Source: the human T2T-CHM13v2.0 reference genome, Homo sapiens
DNA: 64,000 nt
Direction: 5' to 3' (one strand)
Assembly (NCBI RefSeq): GCF_009914755.1
Contig: NC_060929.1
The notes beneath the pieces are model-generated. The model was given only the letters and a program-made list of their open reading frames with translations. It was not told where the DNA came from and ran no database searches. The translations under genes were made by a program, and so were the position numbers. Shown here piece by piece: positions 22,893-36,292 of this stretch; the stretch's first letter is position 1, and each line of letters starts with the position of its first letter.

Positions 22893-25800
22893 TGTATTAG
22901 TCCATTCTCACACTGCTAATAAAGACATACCTAAGACTGAGTTACTTATAAAGGAGAGAGGCTTAATTGACTCACAGTTCAGCATGGCTGGGCCCCAGGA
23001 AACTAACAACTGGGGCAGAAGGAGAAGGAAACACATCCTATTTCTCATGGAAATAGCAAGGAGAAGTGCCAAGCAAAAGAGGGAAAAGGCCCTTATAAAA
23101 TCATCAGATCTCATGAGAACACACTCACTATCACGAGAACAGCATGAGGGTAACCACCCCCATGATTAAACTACCCCCAACTGGCTCCCTCCCACAACAT
23201 GTGGGGATTATGGGAACTACAATTCAAAATGATATTTGGGTGGGGACACAGCCAAACCATATCATTCCACCCCGACCCCTCCCAAATCTCATGTCCTCCC
23301 ATTTCAAAACATGATCATGCTCTTCCAACAGTCCCACAAAGTCTTAACTCATTCTAGCATTAACTCTAAAGTCCAAGTTCAAAGTCTCATCTGAGACAAG
23401 GCAAATCCCTTCCATCTGTGAGCCTGTAAAATAAAAAGTAAGTTAGTTACTTCATAGATACAATGGGACTACAGGCATTGGGTAAATACAGCCATTCCAT
23501 ATGAGAGAAATTGGCCAAAGCAAAGGGGCTACAGGCCCCATGCAAGTCTGAAATCTAATAGGTCTGTCATTATACCTTAAAGTTCCAAAATGATCTCCTT
23601 TGACTCCCTGCCTCACATTCAGGTCATGCTGATGCGAAAGATGGGCTGCAATGGCCTTGAGCAGCTTCATCCCTGTGGTTTTGCAGGATGAAGTTCCTAT
23701 CCTGGCTGCTTTCATGGACTGGCGTTGAGTGTCTGTGGCTTTTCCAGATGTAGAATACAAGCTGTCAGTGAATCTCCCATTCTGGGGTCTGGAGGACAGT
23801 TGGGACACTTCTTACAGCTCCACTAGGCAGTGCCACAGTGGAGTGGCTCTGTTTGGGGGGTCTGACTCCACATTTCCCTTCTGCACTGCCCTAGCAGAGG
23901 TTCTCCATGAGGGCTCCACCCCTGCAGCAATCTTCTATCTGGACATCCAGGCATTTCCATACATCCTCTGAAATCTAGGCAGACGTTCCCAAACCTCAAT
24001 TCTTGAGTTCTGTGCACCTGCAGGCCCAAAACCACATGTAAGCTGCCGAGGCTTGGGGCTTGCACTCTCTGAAGCAATGGCCTGAGCTGTATATTGACCC
24101 ATTTTAGCCATGGCTGGAGCTGAAGCAGCTGGGACACAGGGCACCATGACCCAAAGATGCATGTAGCAGGTAGTCCCCTGGGCCCAGCGCATGAAACCAT
24201 TTTTCCCTCCAAGGCCTCTGGGCCTTTGATAGAAGGGGATACCTTGAAGGTTTTTTACATGCCCTGGAGACATTTTCCCCATTGTCTTTGTAATTCACAT
24301 TCGACTCCTCATTACTTATGCAAGTTTCTGCATCAGGCTTGAATTTCTCCCCCAAAAATGGGTTTTTAATTTTCTTTTACATCATCAGGCTGGAAATTTT
24401 CCAAACTTTTATGATCTGCTTCCTCTTAAATGCTTTGCTGCTTAGAAATTTCTCCTGCCAGATACCCTAAATTATCTCTCTCCAGTTCAAAGTTCCACAG
24501 ATCTCTAGGGCAGGGGCAATATTCTGCCAGTCAATTTGCTAAATCATAGCAAGAATCACCATCATTCCAGTTCCCAACAAGTTCCTTATCTCCGAGACCA
24601 TCTAAGCCTGGACTTCATTGTCCATATCATTATCAGCATTTTGGGCAAAGCAATTCAACAAGTCTCTAGGAAATTCCAAACTTTTCCACATCTTCCTGTC
24701 TTCTGAACTCTCCGAGTCTCTAGAAGGTTCCAAACTTTTCCACATTTTTCTGTATTCTTCAGAGCCCTCCAAACTGATCCAACCTCTGCCTGTTACACAG
24801 TTCCAATGTTACTTCCACATTTTCAGGTATCTTTACTCCAGCACCCCACTTGTGGTACCAATTTACTGTATTAGTCATTTTCATGCTGCTAATAAAGACA
24901 TACCTGAGAATGGGTAATTCATAAAGAAAAGAGGTTTAATTGACTCACAGTTCAGCATGGCTGGGGAGGCCTCAGGTGTAGGGAAAAGAAAGAGAGATCA
25001 GACTGTCACTGTGTCTATGTAGAAAGGGAAGACATAAGAGACTCCATTTTGAAAAAGACCTGTACTTTAAACAATTGCTTTGCTGAGATGTTAATTTGTA
25101 GCATTGCCCCAGCCACTTTGACCCAGCCACTTTGACCCAACCTGGAGCTCACAAAAACATGTGTTGTATAAAATCAAGGTTTAAGGGAGCTAGGGCTATG
25201 CAGGACGTGCCTTGTTAACAAAATGTTTACAAGCAGTATACTTGGTAAAAGTCTCGCCATTCTCTAGTCTCAATAAACCAGGGGCACAATGCACTGTAGA
25301 AAGCCTCAGGGACCTCTGCCCTTGAAAGCGGGCTATTGTCCAAGGTTTCTCCCCATGTGATAGTCTGAAATATGGCCTCGTGGGATGAGAAAGACCTGAC
25401 AGTCCCCTAGCCCGACACCCGTAAAGGGTCTGTGCTGAGGTGGATTAGTAAAAGAGGAAAACCTCTTGCAGTTGAGATAGAGGAAGGCCACTGTCTCCTG
25501 TCTGCCCCTGGGAACTGAATGTCTTGGTATGAAACCCGATTGTGCATTTGTTGAATCCTGAGATAGGAGAAAAGCCGCCCTGTGGTGGGAGGCAAGACAT
25601 GTTGGCAGTAATGCTGCCTTGTTATTTACTCCGCTGAGATGTTTGGGTGGAGAGAAACATAAATCTGGCCTATGTGCACATCCAGGCATAGTACCTTCCC
25701 TTGAACTTAATTATGATATAGATTATTTTGCTCACATGTTTTTTGCTGACCTTCTCCTTATTATCACCCTGCTCTCCTACTACATTCCTTTTTGCTGAAA

Positions 25801-26244
25801 TAATGAAAATAATAATAAAAACTGAGGGAACTCAGAGGCCGGTGCCGGTGCAGGTCCTTGGTGTGCTGAGTGCCAGTCCCCTGGGCCCACTGTTGTTTCT
25901 CTATACTTTGTCTCTTTGTCTTATTTCTTTTCTCAGTCTCTTGTCCCACCCGACTAGAAATATCCACAGGTGTGGAGGGGCAGGCCACCCCTTCACTCAG
26001 GAAACTTACAATCATAGTGGAAAGGGAAGCAAACATGCCCTTCTTCACATGGTGGCAGCAAAGAGAAGTGCTGAGCAAAAGGGGGAAAAGCCCCTTATAA
26101 AATCATCAGATCTCGTGAGAACTCATTCACTACCATGAGAACAGCATGAGAGTGACTGCCCCCATGATTAAATTATCCCTCCCATGACAAGTGGGGATTG
26201 TGGGCAATTCAAGATAAGTTTCGGGACACTGCCAAACCGTACCA
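22893..26244 (-). mobile_element. Two-LTR THE1 (THE1C/D-like) MaLR element: LTR 22893-23264, internal 23265-24866, LTR 24867-26244 (split by LTR5A)
   Basis: Both LTRs begin tgtattagtc and end gccaaacc(a/g)ta(t/c)ca; ~1.6 kb internal ending ggtaccaatttac; perfect 5-bp TSD cactg at 22888-22892 and 26245-26249. Confidence 0.95.
24977..25995 (+). mobile_element. HERV-K (HML-2) solo LTR, LTR5A-like
   Basis: Starts tgtagggaaaagaaagagagatcaga and ends caggccaccccttca; 1019 bp; perfect 6-bp TSD ctcagg at 24971-24976 and 25996-26001. Confidence 0.95.
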
Positions 26245-27129
26245 CACTGGGATCTCCTTGGAAGGAAGAACAGGGTCAGAATATGGTGGATTACACTAAG
26301 ATGCAGTGGGGATGATCTAAAAGAGTTGGCACAGTTGGAGGTAGGAGTAACCATTATTAGAAAATTGAAGTGAATTCAGATGATAAACAGTAGTGAAGGG
26401 GACTGTAGTGGCATGGGAATAGAAAGAAGTAAATAGATGAATGGTGTAGTAAGGAGAAAGAACTCATAAGATTTCTATGTGAATAGAGGACCTTAGGACC
26501 ATTCTGGTGCCCTCTTGGTCCATGCATTTCCACTTTGGGTATTCTTACCCTATATTGTATTAGGCATATTACAAAATACTTACAAACCTATTGAATATCA
26601 TAAGTAATTATAACAAAGTGGAACTCTCTAATTTTTATATTGAGTTCTTATAAATTCCATTATTAATTTTTTCTTACAATTTTAACCTTATTAGGTTAAA
26701 TCTACGCTTTGATTTTTACATCTATATAAGATTTGCATTGAGCAATTGGTTAGTTATAAAATAATTCATGGACAATTAACTAAATCATTATAATTTTAAT
26801 TTTTCTGGGTTTATATATGGATATGTAAATTTTATGTACAATTTCAAATGTTTTCAGAAGCCCTTCAAAAGCTTTTTGGTCCTAGGTGCTGTACTTTTTA
26901 TATAACGTTGTCTTGGATGGTGGCGACTCTCACTAATATATCAAGAATTGTGAAAAGGAAGATCAAATTCCAAGAGCCTCCCACAACACCCTTTTAGAGT
27001 TTCATGTACTAAAGTTCTAAATCAATACTTTTAAATTCAGCAAGTCTTGGAGGATGCTCTAGATCATGGAGTAAGTTTCCCCACCTCCTTGTGGAGACGT
27101 TTGTAGCTCAGTGGGAAAAAAAAGGAGAA

Positions 27130-27545
27130 ATCTGTTTTTCCATGCAGACCCTTCTCATAAATGCAGTCATTTGTGGTCTTAGGGAAGGAGGAAAAAAACA
27201 CAGCTGCTGCTGTATCTCAGGCCAGCCCAGGCCACTCTGTGAAGCTATTTCAGTAATAAAAGGGCCCAGCATGCTGCAGAAGGGCAGATGCTGCATTGAC
27301 GTCAGCCCCTCCTCAGGGCCAGTCTTCAGTGTGCGCATATTCATCTGCCCATGAACAGTGCACCCCACGAATCCACACTGACATGTCATGGCTACAGTAC
27401 TGACTTAGACTTTCTCCTTGACCACTTGCCATTTCTGCAGAAATCAGAATCTTCTCCTTGCTTCTTAACAATTGCCAGCTAAGCCTTGTACTGGAGCAGA
27501 GTCAGAGGCAAAAAGGCAAGGCAATTTATGACACATTAGTAAAGT
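27130..27545. promoter_or_regulatory. Candidate enhancer (non-repeat, motif-dense island)
   Basis: Full CRE tgacgtca at 27297-27304, three E-boxes, tgacatgtca palindrome, HOX/CDX-type gtaataaaa and tttatgac; motif evidence only. Confidence 0.3.
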
Positions 27546-28230
27546 GAAAGTAAGTCAAAGCTCTAGGATATCTAAACAATTAAAATTAAATTTTTTCAAA
27601 AAAATTTTCTTCAAATTTTTTTTTCATTTACCAATTTGTTCTATAGCGTGTTCTGAATCAAATTTACCTCCATTTCAAGGGAATATTAGATTTTTTACTG
27701 GAGTTATTTGATATGAATCTGTCATGTAGACAATTGAGATCAATATTCAGCTTTATATATTTTTATATATTTTTTCCTCCAATCAGCACTTTTTAGGAAA
27801 AAAAAAGCAAGCTAGGTGAAGAGTTAGAAGGGACAGAGAAGAAGAGGTAGAAAAAAATGGTAATGGAGAGAAAAAAGAAAAAGAAAAATCTGTGAAAAAA
27901 TCTGTGAAAATCACTTTTCCTCTTTCTGTCTTCCATGAATGATTAATTCAAACTTTCTTTAAAAATTTCCCCATCTAATCATATGGAGCCTCTACTCCAA
28001 ATGAAGTTCACTTCGTGAGTATAAAGGTAACATCCCTAGATTAAGGAGTTTGGTTCTTTTCTTCCTGTCACTAAATAAAATTAAAAATGTTATTTGACAT
28101 TATTGTTCCAGTCCTGTAGATTATAAATTATGGCCATGGGTCTAGTTAAAGCTAGTTTTCTTTGGCACTCACATTCACCAGGCATCCCACCCTCTCATTC
28201 TTTAATAGACTCGTCTATATCATCTCTTCT

Positions 28231-28357
28231 TTTTTTTTTATAGTATTTATTTTGTCTTGCTATGTTGCCCAAGCTCATCTTAAGCTCCTTGCCTCAAGCA
28301 ATCCTCCTGCATCAGGCTCTTGAGTGGCTGAGATTATGGGCACAAGCCACTGCACCT
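28231..28357 (-). mobile_element. FLAM (free left Alu monomer)
   Basis: gtcttgctatgttgcccaagct...ctcaagcaatcctcctgc...agccactgcacct. Confidence 0.85.
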
Positions 28358-29699
28358 CATATAATCTCTTATAAGAAATATTTATCTTTGGCTTCCAGAA
28401 CTTGATCAGCCAATATATTCAACATAAAAAACTAGTTCTGTAATAAACACTGTTCTCTAAACTATGTTCATTTTATCTCCAGAGATAAACTGTAAATTAT
28501 CTTTGAACATCAAACTGATAGTGTGCTGCTTCCAGGGTAATTGGAAACCCTGAGCCCCAATCTAGAAAATACATAATAGTATATCAATGTGTATTGTTTT
28601 ATTTAGTCTTTTACAAGAGCTCATCAAATGCCAGACTTTGCTAAAATTTGAGGAGACGGAGAAGATGAATTTGAATCCATTCTCTAGGGATGCTCTCAAC
28701 AAAGTGGAGGTGATGGACTCGTGATCTGATGAATTCAGAAAAACATGACAAGTTTATGAATGAAAGGTAGTGAGGACATAAAAATTGCATAATTAATTTT
28801 GCCCAGTGTGGTCATATCAATATATATATTTAATCTGGGTCTAGATTTTGAAGAATATGTATGACTTTATTAGGATAAAAATTAGGGAAAGAGTTAGGAA
28901 ATGTCCAGGCAGAAGTAATATTTCAGAATCATAATAAAAGTTTCCCCAACCTTTAGCACACAACCATGTAAATAGAATTTACTATTTAACATAGTTTCAT
29001 TTTGATTAATAAAAAATCCTCTATATTTGCTGGGAAAATCTAGATTAATATTTGCCTAAAAACTACAAAGAGAGCCAAAGCCCTTTTACTCTGTATTTAA
29101 TGTGCTATCTTAAATAAAAGCTGAGATGATTCAGTTATCACGAAGAGAAATATGCCAAATATTCAATTTGATGCATTTTGGTGATGTCAACCTAAAGAGT
29201 TTCTTAAGCCCCTAATATTCCCTGCTGGTCTATTCTAATTAACATGAGCACTGTGTTTGAAGGACAAAGTTTAGTCTACAAAGGCACTGCCTGAAGTAAT
29301 AGCATTTACATCTTGCTTTATTTCCCTTATGAAAATAGAAAAAAAAAAAAGACTCATGCCCAAGTGGGGAACAAGAGTACTGTCCCAATCATCTATTTAG
29401 CTAAAATATATATGTATTTGATTCTAAGTTCTAATTACCTCAGTATGTTCCCTTCATTTTTGCCAAGCGTAGCTAAAACATGAAGTTTTGCTAATATTTT
29501 GGAACCAGATTTATATCCAGTTACATTCTACAGCTGCTTAATGTATGCTTGATGCTTTACATGCACACAGTGCTAGATACCAGGAATATAAACAGTGAAT
29601 AAGGCAAATACCACCAAAATCTTGCAGACTCTTCTATCTAATGGGAAAAATGTAGAAAACAAGGAAATGGCTGATCATGACTCTAGGATCAAAGGACTC

Positions 29700-30245
29700 A
29701 AATGGCTCACTGTCAAACTCCATTCATTAAATAAATACCATTTAAACTCAGTATCATGATCTACAAGACCCTACATGTTCTGCTCCTACATAATTCCCTT
29801 TCATCATCACCTACTATTCTCCCCTTCTCCCACTTAATTTTAGAAATGTAGACCTCCATGTTCATCTTCAAACATGTCAAATTTATTCCCACACCTGAGC
29901 GTTTTTATTTGTTGTTTCCTTGGCAAGGAAATCTTCGCTAATTTCCTGAATTCATTCAAGAGTGTACTCAAATGTTACCTTTAGAAAGCTTATTCCTGAC
30001 CATGATTTTTCAGCTGGTCTCATCTACTTTCTATCATGCTGTAACAGTCTTTGTGGCTCATATAACTTGCTGAAATAATATTACACACACATATATGTAC
30101 ACACACACACATGTACACACACACAAATACATTACATGTCTCTCTTCTAGAGAGGAAAGCCAGTTTGAGCCTCTTGTTTACAACTATATCTCCAGTCTCT
30201 TGTACAGTGCCTTGCACTTAATAAATGTTCGATAAATATTTTCTG
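29700..30245 (+). mobile_element. L2a 3' portion with an internal CA-rich tract
   Basis: ctacaagaccctacatg ... tacagtgccttgcacttaataaatgttcgataaatatt L2 terminus. Confidence 0.7.
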
Positions 30246-31777
30246 GTTTTTATTGGAGTTGATTTATGTATGCAGAGTGATATGAAAGGGGAAGAAATGG
30301 TTTTTGAGTGTCTTTTCCCTTTAGAAATTTGCACATGATCATTCACCATTAATTTTCTGTTCCACTCTGGCTATCTAGAATGTGATATTTCTAATGGAAT
30401 GATCACAGAGGATAGTTGATTCTGAAACTCAAATTTGTCAGTTGAAATGGAAGTACACTCCTCTGTCTGAATATTGCCAACATTTCAAACTGATGTACTG
30501 ATTTCTACCAACAATTATGAGAACTTATCTAGTTCTCATAATTCTGAAAACATTCCCTTTATTGAACAGCATCTGTTCTGTTTTGATTTGAATCAGTCAA
30601 CTTGTATATTTTTTAAGGTCCGTTGCTGCTAGAGACTCCTCTACCCGCAACACAAATGCTTTAATTACAGGTTTCCTTCTCTGTCTTCATTCCCAAGGAA
30701 GGAAATACTTTAATCTACTCTTAACATTCGTCACCAGTTTCAGTGTCAGTGACCCCATCATCTTCATAGCTCGCTGCCTGTATATTTTTTTTTGGCTAAT
30801 CCTTTTGTGTTTTTTTACATTTAAATTTAACACTAAACATAAATGAGAATTTTCAAGCTCAATAGAGCCTAACAATCTTTCCATCAGCTTTACAGGTGAT
30901 TTGCTTTCTAATTACCATTCAAAATAATATATACATAGCTATTTTTACACTCATATATTAGTTGCTGCTATATGCAATTGAATAAAGACAGATACAGAGA
31001 CAGGCACAATTATATCTGCAAATCATTGCAGTAAGTTGGATGTTTATTCACAGAAACATCTAGTTGATGATCACTTGCTGGCAAGATTGGACAAGTTTCA
31101 AAACAACTCCAAAGGAGATCTGAGCATACTGTTATAAAGAAAAATTTCACAGAACATAATCAAGATATTTGTGTTTGCTAAGGGAATTACAACCCCATGA
31201 AAAATGAATTCTCTAACTTTGAGGTAGAGGTGTCATTTATTTACTGTGATATTAACTGCAAGCCAAGATCAGTTTGCTTCAATGAAAAAAGAGAAAATGT
31301 TTCTGATCAAGCAAATTCAAATGAAAACATTGCCATTTCCCATTTGCCTTTTGGATATTCTTCGCTACTTCCTTTAGAATACTACCTTAACACATTCATA
31401 TACAATTGATGGAAATGTAAATTAGTTTGATCCTTCTGGAGGAAAATTTAGAAACAAGAATAGCATCTTTTAAAATTCTTATTTGAGCTACTAGAAATGG
31501 ACTCTAGCCAACAGAAGCAGATAAATACTTTATTGATGGTGTGTCTTAGAGCTATTAGAATGGAAGGGATATCTAATGATCCCAGGTTTAGCTAGGGCCA
31601 GAAAAGGACTGGGTGGAGGTACAGGAAGTAATAGACATCTTTTAGGGAGTGTGCAATGAAATGAATTAGGTCCAAGCATTTTCAAGCCTTTATAATTCAA
31701 GTCCTCTTTCATAACACTTTACTAACCCTCCCTTTTTCTTTAGCTCTTACTGATGTCACTTTTCTGATTTCTCATTC

Positions 31778-31930
31778 CTGGATGACAAATGTTTCCCAGA
31801 CCAACTCTGATCAGTTGTTTGGCTGTTTGAGAAGGATTTGGAGGATCTGTCAAGGCTCAGTTGGAAAGAAAACTTCGATGATTAGCAGTGTATGCTATGG
31901 GTGCTGATGGGAGAAAATGGTTGCCCTTAG
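31778..31930. mobile_element. MER102-like hAT relic
   Basis: ggatgacaaat...ccaactctgat...gatgattagcagtgt.tgctatggg. Confidence 0.45.
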
Positions 31931-32789
31931 ACTAGATTAGATCTGAGAAAACAATAAAGGACTCATGGCACAAAAACATTAAAATATTTTTAAAACCCAT
32001 TAGGAACTGGTATAATTCAAAGTTACACACATTAACATGCAATCAAGTATGAATGTACAAACAGGATTATGATAACCTTAATTACATTTGCCTTGGGCAT
32101 AAAAGTATTAGCAAATGCAATGCATAGTTATTATAACCTTGAACATAAGCCAGTAAAATCATAGTGATAATCCATTGGATAAATTTTGTTCAACTTTTAT
32201 TATCTGACTGAGTGTACATAAACTAAACTGCTACTATTGGTTTATAAAGAAGTTATAAGTTGATACAACAGGTCGCATGGAAAAATTTGGGATGAGGGTG
32301 AACAAATAAAATGGACTTTTTCTCTCTGTCATTTATTTATTCTGTAGCAAATACTATGCTTATTTGTCCTTCCTATATCCTTTTAAGTAAGATATGAGGA
32401 ATGTCTCCTTTTACAAATGTGGAAGTAGGTTCAAAAGCTTTTTGCTCCAAAGTAGGGGATAGTTTCACCCAAGTCCAACTGTTCTATAGTCCATGCCTTT
32501 AATTGTTTTACTATTTTATTATGTAACCTCAAAAGACAGTGTTAAATCATCCATACTTTCTGTAGATTCCCTCAGCTATATAGCTAACAGAAAGTAGGCA
32601 GAAACAGATAACAACTGATCATAGTACCTGGTAGGTGCCCATTCATCTGATATAAGAGTGGATGGAGGAGGGAGTTAACTTTTCACCAGGAAAATTATAA
32701 AACTACATAATCTCTACTTTTTTACTTTAAAAAATCCTAATAAAGACCCACTTCTATTATTATCAATGTCAAACTCAAATGTTAAAGTG

Positions 32790-33050
32790 ACAGAATTGAA
32801 TATTGAGAGTGTTACTTTGGGAACCATACTGCCTGAGTTCATATCCTTGGCTCTAATACTTGCAAAGTGTGTAACACTGGAGAAGTTATTGAGCCTCTCT
32901 GTTCTTTAGTTCCTGCAATTGAAAAATGTAGATATAATGATTCCCATCTCGTATTATTGCATCATATTATTGCAAGAAACAAAATAATGTATCTAGAACA
33001 CCTAGATCTGTGCATGGAATGCTGTATAATTGATGTGTTTACTATTATTA
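32790..33050 (+). mobile_element. MIR
   Basis: ctgcctgagttcatatcct.ggctct...tgtgtaacactggagaagttattgagcctctctg MIR core. Confidence 0.75.
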
Positions 33051-33209
33051 TCATTGTTATAATGGTAATTACTCTTATTCCAAATCTATAGATACCACCA
33101 ATAATTTAATTCTGTTTTCAGTATCACAGCTGCCCATTTTAGAATTCTCTACCATGGTCAGTTGCTTATCACTGATAACTAACTCCACCATTAAAACCTT
33201 CCTTTCCCA

Positions 33210-33670
33210 CATGAAGCACTGAGATGCAGTGATGAACAAAACAGATGCTTCCTTATCCTCATCAAATTTTCAGCCTCTTAGGGAATACAGAAATTAAGAT
33301 AAATTAATAATTTGGAGTACTATGAATGTTTTGAAAGAAAAATGTAGTTGTGATAGAGTACAATTGTGGTGTTGGCATTATGGAAGGCTTTCTGAGAAAG
33401 TGGCGTTTCAGTTGAAACTTGAGGGAAAAGGAAGCTAAGTGAAGAGAAGTGATTCAAACAGAGGAAAAGGTATGTGTGAAAAGTTAGAAGGATGGGTACA
33501 CACCAGCTAGGTATTTATGATGTAGCTTGAATGTACCCTTGTATAAGAGGAAGCGTGAAGAGAGGAGAGTAGAGTCCACTAAAGGCAAGGTCTTGTTTGT
33601 CATTTTGGGAAGTTTGTATCTCGAGGATCATGGAAAGTCACAGAAGGGTTTTAAACAAGGGAATGACAAT
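33210..33670 (-). mobile_element. L2 relic
   Basis: gcactgagatgcagtgatgaacaaaacaga...ggaaggctttctgagaaagtg. Confidence 0.6.
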
Positions 33671-33765
33671 CCTTTTGTTACTCACAGAAAACTTGTATTC
33701 AGCCTATTCCCAGTATTGCAGATAGAACAAGAACTAAAAAGGAATTGAAATGTTTACTTAAGTCT

Positions 33766-34145
33766 TGTCTTAGCTCAGGCTGCTACAACAAAACTATCAG
33801 AGAGTGGGTGGCTTATGAACAACAGCTATTTATTTCTTAAATATCTGTCCTGGAGGCTGGAAGTCCAAGATCAGTGTGCCAGTATAGTCAGGTGAAAGCC
33901 CTCTTATGGGTTGATGACTTCCAATTTCTCATCCTATCCTTACCTGGCAGAGAGTAGAAGGGGGAAGCAAGCTCTCTCATGACTCTTACAAGGGCGCTAA
34001 TTTTATTCACAATGGCTCTGCCCTCATAACCCAATCTTATCCTAATTATCTCCAAAGGTCCTACTTCTAATACTGTCACATTTGGTGGAGTTTGTTTTAG
34101 TGTTTTTACATATGAATATTGGGACACACAATTATTCTATATATA
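33766..34145 (-). mobile_element. MLT1A-like MaLR solo LTR
   Basis: tgtcttag..caggctgctacaacaaaa...ctggaggctggaagtccaagatca...catatgaatattggga. Confidence 0.8.
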
Positions 34146-34429
34146 ATGATTCTCTTTAAAAAATGCTGATAGGAAACTTAATTGAATAAAGCACAGAATA
34201 CCCTAGAATTTTGTTTCACCATCTATCTCCCTGAAGCCATTCTAGCATAATAGCTATTTTTTCCACTTCTCATGCCCCTTTCCAAAGAAAGCTCCTTCTA
34301 TCTTTTCATTTTCAAAACCACTGTTACTTTTCTTTCTCCCTCTTTCTTTATTTCACTTCTCATTTCCAAGACAGACTTAGAAAGGCATGACCTACATTCC
34401 CCTTCATAGAGACTCCCAAGTTGAGGGGA

Positions 34430-34780
34430 GTGTGGTCAGCAGGCAATCTTTAGCATTGAACCCATTCAGAGGATCTTCTTTAGCTGTGGAGACCAATCTC
34501 TTCCCAGGTCATTTCTTTCCCAGGGAGGCCCACTTCTGTGACAGAGAAATGAGGACATAAGGACCTGGCAATTTCTGCCAAAATGGGGAAACTGTCCATC
34601 CATATACACCCAGAGGTCCCAGCAGGGTAGGCCGAGGCTTTGTCAATCCTGCATGGCAATTAAATTTCTCCCTTTATCCAATCCTTCTATCTCCCATTTC
34701 TTTCACCAGTTTTGACCCTGATAAAGCTCTTGCAGCCCACACATTTCTGCACACATTTCCAGAGAACTCAGCCTGCTGTA
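34430..34780 (+). mobile_element. LTR16A-like ERVL LTR
   Basis: ttcccagggaggcccac...gggtaggccgaggctttgtca..cctgcat...ttccagagaactcagcctg. Confidence 0.6.
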
Positions 34781-35601
34781 ACTTTTCCTTCTATTTTATT
34801 CTTCAGAAGGTATATCTGCCAGTTCACATATAGATGAACTCATTTTTTTTAAAAGTGAGTTTTAAAAAATTATTTCTCTGTGCACATTGCTCTGATCAAA
34901 GGGAGAGAAACCCAAGCCATGGGGCTTGTGTAGCACCAAAAACCTCTCTCACAAGTTCATGGAGCTATGTGTGAGTGTGGAAGGCAGTAAATAAGGTATA
35001 GTAAGCCTATGACTTAGCACATATTATGACTTTTTGTAAATATCACGCAGACTTCCTGGAACACCTCTTTCATGAGGCTTCTCTCCAGTCAATGAGATTA
35101 CAGGAGCCAGGAAAAAGGCATCAAATTCCACATTCTCTGCAGCAAAGCATCTGCCTGTCTTCTGCCCATAGCAGCAAATTTGTATTTGATCTCATTATTC
35201 TAGTGCATTTTTGTGATGACCTAGCACAGAATTGGAGATAAAAATGGTAGGAAGAAGTGAGAGAAGAAGAAGGACTTTGTGAGGTCAATCCACATAATCA
35301 GGAGTGGAGGGTGGAGTGGGGCATGTTTGGCTGGTTGGCTTGCTTTTTGGAGGGTAATGGCAGTGGGAATGTTGGGCATGATAGAGTTGGGGAGAAAAAA
35401 TGGGAGATTTGAGAAATATTGCTAGGGGTTATGAACTTGATCTCCTTTTATGTATGTTGAGAGGTAGGGAAATTATTAAAGTTCTCTTTTATTGCTCTTT
35501 TGTTGTTTATATTAAAGTTCTTTACATATATATATATATATATATATATCTTTATATTAAAGTTCCCTTTTATTGCTCCTTTGTTGTTGTTTGGACGAGA
35601 G

Positions 35602-35810
35602 CAGTGTTTCCAAAAGAATGATCTAGAATCTAGAAGGTCATATGTATAATAATCACCTGGAGAGCTTTAAGCCTAATTCTGTGGCCACACCTCCAGAGTT
35701 CACCATCAGATTTGGAGCTGGGTCTACAATATCTTTTTTGTTTTTCAAAATAAGTATCCCACACGTTTCCAGAACATTTCATCCATAGACCATATTATTT
35801 GAAGCACTGG
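35602..35810. mobile_element. MER5-type hAT MITE
   Basis: Terminal cagtgtttc ... tttgaagcactg; internal aatcacctggagagctt. Confidence 0.6.
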
Positions 35811-36292
35811 CAGAGTCCAGAATTCAGTCTTCAAACTGAGCAAGTTGCATGATGAGGTTATCCACTTGCAGGCTTTCCAGGGTTTATACAGTCATGCATG
35901 GTTTTAGGGAAATTTACCTCCGGATACTCAGCTTCTGCATGTAGTCTTTCCTAAAGGTGATATTGCTGAAAAAAGTGTATTGTCTTCTAATTTTCCATAA
36001 CTATCCCCCCCTTTTAAAATGGCTTTTTCCTCATGCTCTAAATGAAGAATAGCATTTTTCTGCCTGCAATGAATCTTTCAGATTTCATTGCCCTTTGGTC
36101 TGATTAATTCAAGCACCAAACAAAGGGAAATGTCAAAGTTCATCGATGCTAAGAAAGAGAGCCAAGAGAACAAACAAAAAAGTCAGCATGTTAGTGAAAA
36201 GTATAGAAATTTTACTCCAAAGGCTCCTGACTTTGGCCATCTATGTGTCTCTTCATTATCTACCTACCTACCCATCCATTCATCTATCATTA

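Noticed and set aside
24655-24775. ~55-bp tandem duplication (agtctctag.aa.ttccaaacttttccacat) in THE1-int
   Set aside because: As I recall, this is a feature of THE1 internal consensus sequences and is not locus-specific.
23452-24917. Cluster of overlapping 60-130 aa ORFs
   Set aside because: They lie in the THE1 internal region and are broken remnants or chance frames, with no continuous ORF.
25108-25140. Tandem cagccactttga in LTR5
   Set aside because: Recalled as part of the LTR5A consensus.
27091-27389. Overlapping 87 and 93 aa ORFs in the non-repeat island
   Set aside because: No recognisable domain or convincing exon structure; the length is expected by chance in locally higher-GC sequence.
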